Positions 19,304-27,621 of a DNA stretch of 32,000 nt are shown here, piece after piece. Source of the stretch: Methanocaldococcus jannaschii DSM 2661 (GTDB lineage Archaea; AGJL01; Methanococci; Methanococcales; Methanocaldococcaceae); contig NC_000909.1 of assembly GCF_000091665.1 (NCBI RefSeq), positions 291,996 through 323,995 of the forward strand. Reading direction: 5' to 3'. Below the pieces are notes generated by a model, which was given only the letters and a program-made list of their open reading frames with translations, searched no databases and was not told where the DNA came from. Positions within the stretch are counted from its first letter, which is position 1. Each line of letters opens with the position of its first letter. The position numbers and the translations under genes were made by a program.

Positions 19304-20089
19304 ATGGCACTTAATGAGTATGATGCTCAAATTGTAGAGCAGGCAATGAAACCAATACTTGATTCAAACTTATTTTCAAGGAAAATTTTCCAAAAAAAGA
19401 AAATTCCTGAAGATGTGGAGGTTTATAATTTAGTTCAAGTTGTGTTTGATGAAAATGCGTTTAAAAAGGGTTCAATGGAATTGACAGAAGTTCCAATTAA
19501 GACAACAACCTCACCATTCACAGTATTTGACATTAATCTGAAAGTTACAAAAGCGAGGAGGTTTGTTGAAGGACCTAATGCTGACTATAATAAAGCACAA
19601 ATTTTTGAAGGTCTCGCAAAGGTTGTGGCAAGGGCTGAAAATCAATACTCAATTGATGCATTGAGTAAAAACAATACAGCAGTGGGTGCATCAGCATCAT
19701 GGAATGGTGCAGATACCACTCCAGATAAAATAGCAAATGACATCATAGATGCAAAAACAAAGATTGAGCAGTATTCAAATGCAAAATGTGCGTTAGTAGC
19801 TCCAGTTGATGCAATTGCATGTTTTAGGAAAATAGGAACTCAAGGTTTTAGTGCTTATGATGAAACAAAGGATTTCATTAAGGAAATCATCCCAACAAAC
19901 TTAATCACTGATAAATCTGCATATTTAGTCCCAATTGATATTGCAATTCTTCAAATGGGAGTAGCTGTGGAGGCAGACCAATTTATTGAAAAGAAAGCGA
20001 CTCAGGTTGAGTTTATATTTACAGAGGCAATAAGCCCTATGGTTAAGGAAAAGAATGGAATTATTAAGATTCAAAAAGTATTGGGATAA
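19304..20089 (+). CDS. Major capsid protein (putative HK97-fold)
   Basis: 261 aa. Sits after the protease/decoration genes and before the connector and tail genes. The second ATG (19304) has GGTGA-N4 spacing. The call rests mainly on synteny. Confidence 0.5.
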
Positions 20090-20092
20090 TGC

Positions 20093-20407
20093 GTGATTTT
20101 TATGGTTGATGTTTCGGAAATTTTAGCGAAGATGAAGCCCCTCTTAGGAATGAGTGCTGATGAAGAATTTGCCAATCCTGAACAAGCAGAGGCATCTGCA
20201 AACTTAGCAATAAAAACATCCCAGGTTGAAGACGTTGATATTATTGCCATATTGGCTTGCTATTACTACACTGAATCAAGGGATATGAAAACTGACGAAA
20301 ACGTTTCAGTTATGGCTAATCACTTTTATAGAATGTATCAAATTGCTATTGAGGAAGCAAAACAGAAGGAATTAAATGAAGAAGAGGGGGCGGTGTTCTT
20401 TGACTAA
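20093..20407 (+). CDS. Putative head-tail connector/adaptor protein
   Basis: Small acidic ORF directly after the capsid gene. Start is ambiguous (GTG 20093 or ATG 20102). Positional call only. Confidence 0.35.
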
Positions 20408-20699
20408 CTATGCTAATGCAAAGGCGTTAGTTGAAAAAATACTTGAAGATTTAAAAAACAATGGCATCAAAGTTAAATCTCCTTTATCCAAAATTCAGGA
20501 CTTCCATTGTGAGGCGGATTTCTCAGTAGAGATTGAAAATAGAGTTGCTTATGTAGATGCAACATTTACTTTTGATAAATTACCAAATGAGGATTTAGTA
20601 GAGAAAATTGAAGCAGTTATGACGACATATAACTCTTATTTGGAAAGAATTGACTTTGAAAGCGATTATACTAAGTTAGAGTTTAGGAGCGTGAGATAA
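20376..20699 (+). CDS. Putative head-tail joining protein
   Basis: Small ORF between the connector and tail tube genes. The real start may be the TTG at 20400 (GGTGT upstream), giving an 8-nt overlap with the previous gene. Confidence 0.3.
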
Positions 20700-21403
20700 T
20701 GGTGCTATCACTTACTCCACCAAGCCAAGAAAATATTTTGGCAAGTGGAAAGTTGGCATATTTTGGTGCAAAATCACAGGTTGATACTTTTACAGGAGAT
20801 GAGCAAAATGATACGTTTGAATTAACAAAAGATGATGCGGTTCTCGGTTCGGAGATTGTTAAAGTAAATGGTGTTTTGCAGTTCGAAGGGCAAGATTATA
20901 CAGCAATCCATGAAAATGGAATTTTGAAGAAAATTAAATTCACACAGCCACCAGCAAATGGTGCATCAATTACAGTTGAATATCTCTATTTGGACTTACC
21001 TCTCGGAGGAGCTTCAGAATTATCCGTAAAAGAGGATAAGGATAAAGAAGAGCTGACTGTGGATTGCAGTTATGGGAAGATTCAAATCGAAAAGGGTTCA
21101 AGCATAACATTATCATTCAAAGATATCATCACCGTTGGAGACATTAAGCTTACTGCTTATTTCTCAGGGGAGATTCTTGAAGGCAACACATACTCAAAAT
21201 ACAAAAATGGAGCTTCAAAAAGTGCAAACATTGTTGTTCTTGCATTTTCTAAAGAAGCTACGATGGCTTATGGAGTTGAACCTCCAAAGAGGATTGTTAT
21301 AATAAGGGGAGCGATGCCTAACAATCTGGAGTTTGACTGGAGTGGTGGGAGTAAGTCATTTGATTTGACGGCCCAAAGTTATGAGATTATCGACGTTAAA
21401 TAA
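20699..21403 (+). CDS. Putative major tail (tube) protein
   Basis: 234 aa, immediately upstream of the chaperone-like gene and tape measure, matching the canonical siphovirus order. ATG overlaps the previous stop. Confidence 0.45.
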   Translation: MVLSLTPPSQENILASGKLAYFGAKSQVDTFTGDEQNDTFELTKDDAVLGSEIVKVNGVLQFEGQDYTAIHENGILKKIKFTQPPANGASITVEYLYLDLPLGGASELSVKEDKDKEELTVDCSYGKIQIEKGSSITLSFKDIITVGDIKLTAYFSGEILEGNTYSKYKNGASKSANIVVLAFSKEATMAYGVEPPKRIVIIRGAMPNNLEFDWSGGSKSFDLTAQSYEIIDVK

Positions 21404-21412
21404 GGTGATTAA

Positions 21413-21775
21413 ATGGATAAAAATGAATTTTTAAAAAAATTAGATGAGAAGTTTAAGGAATCAGAACAAAAGAATCTTGAAGCATTAGAAAAAATAAGGT
21501 CTAATCTCCCTCAATTAGAAATTGAGATATTTGGAGAGAAACTCACAGCTATAATTCCACCATTATCAGTTGAAAAAGAAATGATTGAAGATGCAAAGAA
21601 CCTGGAGCCTTTAGATTTTGCATTAAAATACATTCCAATTTTATATGGTATTCCAAAAGAGAAAGTTGAGGAATTACCTTCGATTGTTATTGCAGAACTC
21701 ATCAAAAAGTACTTTGAAGCTTATAAGCAGTTAAACAAGGATAAATCCTTTCGCAATAGAGTGGGCACTAAGTGA
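21413..21775 (+). CDS. Putative tail assembly chaperone (gpG-like)
   Basis: 120-aa acidic helical ORF between the tail tube and tape measure genes. GGTGA-N4-ATG start. It is followed by a start-less overlapping ORF. Confidence 0.45.
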   Translation: MDKNEFLKKLDEKFKESEQKNLEALEKIRSNLPQLEIEIFGEKLTAIIPPLSVEKEMIEDAKNLEPLDFALKYIPILYGIPKEKVEELPSIVIAELIKKYFEAYKQLNKDKSFRNRVGTK

Positions 21776-21923
21776 TGATGCAACAGAGCTTTATTTTGTT
21801 TGTAAATTTTTAAGAATCCCCCCGAGTGAAGCGATAAAGCTAAATAAGATGGATTACAATATAATATTAGGATTTGCAATTAGAGAAATGAAAGATAAGT
21901 TAAAATATGGGGGGATTCTATGA
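21735..21923 (+). CDS. Start-less +1-frame ORF; candidate frameshift extension of the tail chaperone (gpGT-like)
   Basis: 62 sense codons open in the +1 frame relative to 21413-21775, overlapping its last 13 codons. The only in-frame start is the ATG at 21849. Its TGA (21921-21923) overlaps the ATG (21920) of the next gene. Confidence 0.3.
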   Translation, partial: TRINPFAIEWALSDDATELYFVCKFLRIPPSEAIKLNKMDYNIILGFAIREMKDKLKYGGIL

Positions 21924-22291
21924 GATGGCTCACACCATTCGGTATGTTGTTCATAAGTGGAACATACTATGGACTAATATTTTTTGGTTTAATTATGGAG
22001 GTTATTCATAATGCATTGATTAGCTTAGTCTTAGCATTTTTTGTAGTATTCGCATGGGATTTGGTTTTATCCCTAATATATGGTTTAAGATTTGTTAAAG
22101 AGGGGGATTATATAGCTTTGGACTGGGATGGTCAGTTCCCTGACTGCTATGGATTGTTTGCAAGCACGTGCCTTTCAGCAGTGATTTGGACATATACAGA
22201 TTCATTGTTGTTAGGTTTAATTGTCCCAGTCATCATTGTATTCTTAGGAAAGCAATTAATGCGTGGATTGTATGAAAAAATTAAAAGTTGA
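21920..22291 (+). CDS. Polytopic membrane protein inside the tail module
   Basis: 123 aa with about 4 hydrophobic segments. ATGA overlap upstream, and a 20-nt overlap with the tape-measure start downstream. Confidence 0.5.
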   Translation: MRWLTPFGMLFISGTYYGLIFFGLIMEVIHNALISLVLAFFVVFAWDLVLSLIYGLRFVKEGDYIALDWDGQFPDCYGLFASTCLSAVIWTYTDSLLLGLIVPVIIVFLGKQLMRGLYEKIKS

Positions 22292-24812
22292 AGGAACGTT
22301 AGAATTGAACTTGGATGATAAGGATGTAAGGAAAAATCTAAAATCATTAGAAAAAATAAAATCAAAATTAGAGATAGAGAGCAATATCAACGCAGTAATT
22401 AAGCAGTTGGATGAGTTAAAAAATGTCAAATCAGAAGTTGAATTTAAGAGCAATATAAATATGATAATTAGAGAGTTGGAAGAGATAGAGGCAGATGCCT
22501 CAAAAATGAACATAAACTTTGATTATGACTTATCAAAACTAAAAAGTGAATTGGAACAATTGAAAAACACAAAAATAGATATTAAAACAAATACAGACCA
22601 GATATTAAAACAAATCAATAAAATAAAAAGTGAATTATCCGAAAAACAAACAATTAGGGCAAAGGTTGAAGTGGATAGGACAGAATGGGATAAACTAAAG
22701 AAGGAATGGTCTGAAAAATATCACATAAACGCAATTGCAGATGTGGCAAGTGTAGGGACTGCATACATGGGGATTTCCGACGCTGAAAAATACAACGAAC
22801 TAATGACAATTTTAAGAGAAAGGGGCTTAACTAAAGACCAAGCAGAGAGATTAATACAAATCGGCTTATATAACGGCTATTCTTTAGATGAAATTAGAGA
22901 CGGGATTGTATATTCCAATGAGGCGGTTTTAAAGTTGGCAGCATCAAACGATAAATATGCAGCTCAAATATTAGCAGCAATGGCAATGGCTGAAAGAGGA
23001 GGAGAACCTGGAGCTGATGATATAGCAAGGATGATTTCAGCACTAACAGCAATGGGAAAATCAAATGAAGAAATAATGAAAATGGTGAATGCTGAAGTTT
23101 TAGAAATGAAGCAAGGGCATACAGAAGTTGCAGAAGCAATTAGGGAATTCAGCATAACTATGGGAGATACCTTAGACCCTGAGAAATTTGCATCTATATT
23201 AATTCAAGCACAGGCAGCTGGAGCTCAAGATGTTGGACAGTTGGCAGAGGCAATAAATGATTTGGCATTAAACTCAAGACAGATGGGATTTGATGTTGAA
23301 AAAGCATTGAGGGAAATTCAAAAAACAAAAGATGATAAAACATTAGCTGAGTTAGCAAAAAAGTATGGCTTAACTTATGAACAAATAGTTAAAATTCATG
23401 ATTATTTACAGAGAGTGGATTTAGATAAGGGCTTGCCAGACAATACCAACGAATTGGATAGGTTAATAAGCATAAATAAAGACCAAAAGGGTATTTTAGA
23501 AACAATTAAGCAGGATATTGAGGGCTGGTTAGCAGGTCATGGATATTTGCAATATGGGGCAGAGCTTGGAGTAGGTCTTGGAGGTCTTGGAAAAATACTT
23601 GAAATAGCAATTGGTGCAGCAATTGGTTCTGCATTAAAAGATGCTTTTGGTGAAATTAAATCCACATTATTTGGTAAAATTAGTTTGGATAATTTAAAAC
23701 TTCCAGAACTCTCAAAAATCAAATTACCTGTTGATTTAGAAATCCCAAAAATTCCAAAAATTAGCATGCCTAAAATTAAACTTCCAGTTGATTTAAAACT
23801 TCCAAAAATCCCAAAAATCAACATACCAAAAATTAACCTACCAAACGTCTCTGGATTATCTAATGCATTTAAGGGCTTAGGTGAAGCTGTTAGGTTTGCC
23901 GGAAGAGCTTTCGGATTTTTGTCAGTTGTTGTAGAGCCAGTAAAACAACTATTGGAAGGAGATATACAAGGAGCTATAGAGCATTTAAAAGTTGGGCTTA
24001 TTGAATTAGCGGCTTGGCCTGTTGCATTGGGTGAAGCATTAGCAGCTGTTACATTAGCAGTTGGTGATTTCTTAGGATTGTTTGATTTAGATGGGGACTC
24101 ACCATTATCCGCTGCAAGAGCTGGAATTCTAACACTCTTGGCAGCATTTGAATCAATATATAGTTTTATTACTGGTGATTGGAGCGTTGTTCAAAATACA
24201 TTACAAGAGGCATTTGAAGAGTTAGGGATGAAAGAAGATGAAGCCAGACAAGCAGCTGAAAACTTAGCTCAGCAATGGCAACAATTACCTCAGCAAATAT
24301 TAGATGCATTTAATGGTTTTGTTGATAACATTAAACAAACATTTGATGAATGGTGGAATGGATTGAATGAATGGTGGTCTCAAAAAATAGAAGAAGCTAA
24401 GAACTGGGGTAGTGATTTGATTCAAAATATAATTGATGGAATAAAAGAGAAATTTTCAGAGTTGGAGAATGCTGTAAGTCAAGCTGCGGGTATTATCTCC
24501 AGTTACTTACATCACACCACTCCAGATGTAGGGCCATTAAAAGACGACGATAAATGGGGAATCCATTTTATGGAAAACATTATTGGTGGAATTAGAAAAG
24601 AAATTCCTAACTTAAAGAAAACTATTGATTATACTGCTAAACTGATGAGCTCCGCGAATCCTAAAAATTGGAAAATTCAACAAGTAGGAATAACACACAG
24701 CACATCTTACTCTTATGGAGATATACACATAAATGTAGTTGGAAATAGCTTTAATGAGCATCAATTAGCTCAAAAAATTGCTTTGATTTTGAAAAAACAA
24801 AGGTTTAGATGA
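22272..24812 (+). CDS. Tail tape measure protein
   Basis: 846 aa and the largest helical ORF in the tail module. Periodic N-terminal coiled-coil repeats, Ala/Gly-rich hydrophobic stretches in the centre, an internal tandem repeat, and the canonical position after the chaperone gene. Confidence 0.75.
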   Translation: MKKLKVEGTLELNLDDKDVRKNLKSLEKIKSKLEIESNINAVIKQLDELKNVKSEVEFKSNINMIIRELEEIEADASKMNINFDYDLSKLKSELEQLKNTKIDIKTNTDQILKQINKIKSELSEKQTIRAKVEVDRTEWDKLKKEWSEKYHINAIADVASVGTAYMGISDAEKYNELMTILRERGLTKDQAERLIQIGLYNGYSLDEIRDGIVYSNEAVLKLAASNDKYAAQILAAMAMAERGGEPGADDIARMISALTAMGKSNEEIMKMVNAEVLEMKQGHTEVAEAIREFSITMGDTLDPEKFASILIQAQAAGAQDVGQLAEAINDLALNSRQMGFDVEKALREIQKTKDDKTLAELAKKYGLTYEQIVKIHDYLQRVDLDKGLPDNTNELDRLISINKDQKGILETIKQDIEGWLAGHGYLQYGAELGVGLGGLGKILEIAIGAAIGSALKDAFGEIKSTLFGKISLDNLKLPELSKIKLPVDLEIPKIPKISMPKIKLPVDLKLPKIPKINIPKINLPNVSGLSNAFKGLGEAVRFAGRAFGFLSVVVEPVKQLLEGDIQGAIEHLKVGLIELAAWPVALGEALAAVTLAVGDFLGLFDLDGDSPLSAARAGILTLLAAFESIYSFITGDWSVVQNTLQEAFEELGMKEDEARQAAENLAQQWQQLPQQILDAFNGFVDNIKQTFDEWWNGLNEWWSQKIEEAKNWGSDLIQNIIDGIKEKFSELENAVSQAAGIISSYLHHTTPDVGPLKDDDKWGIHFMENIIGGIRKEIPNLKKTIDYTAKLMSSANPKNWKIQQVGITHSTSYSYGDIHINVVGNSFNEHQLAQKIALILKKQRFR
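23715..23846 (+). repeat. In-frame 57-nt (19-aa) tandem repeat, two copies plus a partial third, within the tape measure gene
   Basis: KIKLPVDLEIPKIPKISMP / KIKLPVDLKLPKIPKINIP / KINLPN, read directly from the sequence. Confidence 0.85.
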
Positions 24813-24821
24813 GGTGATATT

Positions 24822-25364
24822 ATGGCCGTACTTGCATCATCCACAGAACCAGAACCTACAGAGTCATTACTACAACAAACTAATGAATTATTAATTATTG
24901 GCAAAGGAGCTATAGTTTATAAAGAATTCACTACTGGGGTAGATGCGAGAATTATAGACTCTCAAACGATAGGAATAGGGATTCCATTTAATTATTATCC
25001 GTTTATGTGTATGGTATTAGATGATGCAGGTAATGGAATACCAATGCAAGAATTTACTTCAGCACCTGGCAGTTTAACTGTAAAAGTAGCAGCAACATTG
25101 GACTCTACAAAAACTTATAAAATAATTGCATTTTTGATTGGAGACTCAATGAAAATAATAACATCCATTCAAAGTCAATCTGGAACTGTCACTGAGATTG
25201 CTCCAGGATTTGGAATATTTAAAGTCATTTACAATGACACTGAGGGAACTGACACACTAACAATAAATTATGATGATGGAACCAGTGAAACAATAACAGT
25301 TGATAAAAGTAACTTATGGACTGTGTTACCAATGCAACTACCAGATGCAGAAAGGGTAGCATAG
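24822..25364 (+). CDS. Hypothetical virion protein (distal-tail position)
   Basis: 180 aa, the first gene after the tape measure. GGTGA-N4-ATG start. No recognisable motif. Confidence 0.35.
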   Translation: MAVLASSTEPEPTESLLQQTNELLIIGKGAIVYKEFTTGVDARIIDSQTIGIGIPFNYYPFMCMVLDDAGNGIPMQEFTSAPGSLTVKVAATLDSTKTYKIIAFLIGDSMKIITSIQSQSGTVTEIAPGFGIFKVIYNDTEGTDTLTINYDDGTSETITVDKSNLWTVLPMQLPDAERVA

Positions 25365-25375
25365 TGGTGATTGTT

Positions 25376-26269
25376 ATGCCTCCTCTAATCTCAAACAATA
25401 CTTTTTTTTTGATGAATACTACAAACGATGGCAATGGTGGCAGTGTTAGTTACGATTATCCACTTTTATCCAATCAAAACTCACTGATAACTAACACAAC
25501 GAACAATTTAACTTCAGACTCAACAAACACCGACATTTCTAATGAAACTCCAATACTGTCCAACAATACTCCAATTCTAATGAATACACCAACTAATCCA
25601 AATTCAGATTCTGATACTACAACTCCTACTGTTGTTTCACATACAGTTGAATTAATCACCGAAGAGAAAAAAGTCATCTCAAAAATAGTTTATTCAGATG
25701 GAACAGAAGATGTGAAAGAGTTGGATTTAACCGATTTCTACAATAGTGCTTACAATGAAGGATATTCTGCAGGTGTGAATTCAGTTGATTTTAGTAAAAC
25801 AGGTTACATAATTGAAAATGGAATTATCAAAGTAACAACTACACTAACTAATGGAAAATCACAAGAATATAACATTACTCTTGATGAAAACTTAGTTGTT
25901 AGTTTATATAACCAAATAATGGCTAATAAAAGTAGCTGTTTCCAAATTAGACAGAATGAAACAGAATACAGCTTTTTAGTTGAAAGTAGGCAATATCAAC
26001 CACAACCAAACTTAGCATATCAACCAGCCGTAGATGGAACGCCAGTTTATGAAGTGTTAGGACAGGAACAAAAAACTTGGAGTTTCACTCTTTATGTTGA
26101 TTCAATTCCAAAAATGCAATTCTTACAACAGTTAGCAAGTAATCCCCTGATAGAAGTTTATTTTGATGAGATTGGTGATTGGAAACAGGCTTTAATTCAG
26201 AGTATTTCCTTGTCAAGGATAACTACTGGACATTATTATGCTGATATTGAACTTATAATTTTAGAATAA
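25376..26269 (+). CDS. Tail/baseplate-region protein with N-terminal Asn/Thr/Ser-rich linker
   Basis: The ATG at 25376 follows GGTGA. The first ~85 aa are low-complexity N/T/S/P with several N-X-S/T sequons. The C-terminal half is beta-rich. Confidence 0.4.
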   Translation: MPPLISNNTFFLMNTTNDGNGGSVSYDYPLLSNQNSLITNTTNNLTSDSTNTDISNETPILSNNTPILMNTPTNPNSDSDTTTPTVVSHTVELITEEKKVISKIVYSDGTEDVKELDLTDFYNSAYNEGYSAGVNSVDFSKTGYIIENGIIKVTTTLTNGKSQEYNITLDENLVVSLYNQIMANKSSCFQIRQNETEYSFLVESRQYQPQPNLAYQPAVDGTPVYEVLGQEQKTWSFTLYVDSIPKMQFLQQLASNPLIEVYFDEIGDWKQALIQSISLSRITTGHYYADIELIILE

Positions 26270-26278
26270 GGTGATAAA

Positions 26279-26584
26279 ATGGAAGACATGATTACTCTTA
26301 CAGACGAAAGAAAGACAGTCAAATTTGAAAATCTTCCAGAAATTTATGTTAGAGTTCATGATGAAGCCAAAGGTTTAGTTTTAACTGTTAAGAATCCTTA
26401 CGATACGGATGTATATGCTAAAGTGTATTATGCTCCTGATGGAGAAAATTATGACACTGTAACTTCTGAAGTTGTTAAATACGATTACCAAGCACAAAAA
26501 ACAGAATTAATACCCATTAAGCACCCATATATGAAAATATCATTTGATTCTGCTGTTTCAGGGTGGGTGTCATATATAAAATAA
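26279..26584 (+). CDS. Hypothetical small virion protein
   Basis: 101 aa with a GGTGA-N4-ATG start, inside the tail-tip module. Confidence 0.4.
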   Translation: MEDMITLTDERKTVKFENLPEIYVRVHDEAKGLVLTVKNPYDTDVYAKVYYAPDGENYDTVTSEVVKYDYQAQKTELIPIKHPYMKISFDSAVSGWVSYIK

Positions 26585-26594
26585 AGGTGATACT

Positions 26595-27050
26595 ATGGGA
26601 TTTGACCCAGTAACTTTTGCAAAAATAAAGAAAATTTCAATAGATTCAAATGCAGATGGATACATCGACTACGCAAATCAGGCAGGAAATGCTGATAAGT
26701 TAGACGGAAAAGATGCATCAGATTTTTTATCAATTGATTCATTTAAAGATTTAAAAGAAGATAATGGATACATAAAATTTCCAACGGGGCTTATTATGCA
26801 GTGGGGGAAGGTTTATGTCAATAATACCACATCATATCAAGAAATTCCTGTAAATTTTACCATTGAATTCCCGAACAAATGTCTAAACGTATTTGCATCA
26901 ATATATGAGGGTTCTGGAGTTGATAATGACTATATCAAATGTATAACAAGAATTGCAAACATTACAACTAAAGGGTGTGTTGTTTGTATTACAGATATCA
27001 GTGGTGCAAGTGGAGATGTAGGATTTTTCTGGTTTGCAATAGGATATTAA
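26595..27050 (+). CDS. Tail fibre / receptor-binding protein (gp53-like C-terminal domain type)
   Basis: NADKLDGKDASDF followed by GYIKFPTGLIMQWGKV....IPVNFTIEFPNKCLNVFASI. This is the same pattern I know from many bacterial prophage tail-fibre tips (..nAdkLdG..as.F.. and ..GliiQWG.....v.FP.aFpn.cl.v). Confidence 0.6.
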   Translation: MGFDPVTFAKIKKISIDSNADGYIDYANQAGNADKLDGKDASDFLSIDSFKDLKEDNGYIKFPTGLIMQWGKVYVNNTTSYQEIPVNFTIEFPNKCLNVFASIYEGSGVDNDYIKCITRIANITTKGCVVCITDISGASGDVGFFWFAIGY

Positions 27051-27067
27051 AGTATATGGTGTAAAGT

Positions 27068-27619
27068 ATGAAAACAATTGTCATAGATAAATCAATGTCC
27101 GTAGATATAGAGTATTCAATTAATGCCATTGACCAGTGTAATATAACTTCATTGAAAGATTTACAAATCCAACCTTTTGACCAATGTATTATACTTTGGA
27201 ATGATAAAATAATTTTCAGAGGATATTGCATTGATGCAAGATTATCACAGAGTTTTGGACAGCAACAGTATGAATATACTATTAACAGCCCCCTCTGGAT
27301 TCTAAGCCAGCAAAAAACTACGGCAAAAACTACATTTTTACAGATTTTCTTAAAAGAGTGTTGCAATTTATGTAATTTGGAACTGGATTATCAATTAGAT
27401 TCAAATCCACTGATTTACATTGAAGAAAGTAGTTATTTTGATGCATTAAAAAAGTGCATACTTTATACAAAAAACTACAATACAAGATTTTACGTTGATT
27501 ATGAATACAATTCATTAATTTTTACAGATAAAATTTCAGGACAACATCCAAAAGAAGAGAAAGTTGTCGGTTATGAATTTGAATGGGATACTGAGATTAT
27601 AAACCAAGTAAGGTGGTAA
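27068..27619 (+). CDS. Hypothetical tail-tip/baseplate protein
   Basis: 183 aa and Cys-rich, within the tail-tip module. No confident motif. Confidence 0.35.
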   Translation: MKTIVIDKSMSVDIEYSINAIDQCNITSLKDLQIQPFDQCIILWNDKIIFRGYCIDARLSQSFGQQQYEYTINSPLWILSQQKTTAKTTFLQIFLKECCNLCNLELDYQLDSNPLIYIEESSYFDALKKCILYTKNYNTRFYVDYEYNSLIFTDKISGQHPKEEKVVGYEFEWDTEIINQVRW

Positions 27620-27621
27620 TA

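Noticed and set aside
19304-20089. Considered calling the 261-aa capsid candidate a cellular encapsulin shell protein (similar size, HK97 fold).
   Set aside because: It is flanked by protease, portal, terminase, connector and tail genes in one element, and no cargo-type gene is adjacent. A viral capsid protein is the simpler reading.
25316-25375. Upstream extension of the 25376-26269 gene (track start at 25316, overlapping the previous gene by 49 nt).
   Set aside because: The ATG at 25376 sits just after the upstream stop and has a GGTGA signal. The extension (MDCVTNATTRCRKGSIVVIV) overlaps coding sequence in another frame.
17979-25677. Track ORFs opposite or out of frame within head/tail genes: 17979-18290(-), 18555-18740(-), 21511-21705(-), 22147-22365(-), 22256-22513(-), 22894-23139(-), 22964-23155(-), 23537-23824(-), 25225-25434(-), 25474-25677(-).
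   Set aside because: They lie inside well-supported plus-strand genes that have consistent RBS spacing. Their translations are low-complexity, so they are shadow ORFs.
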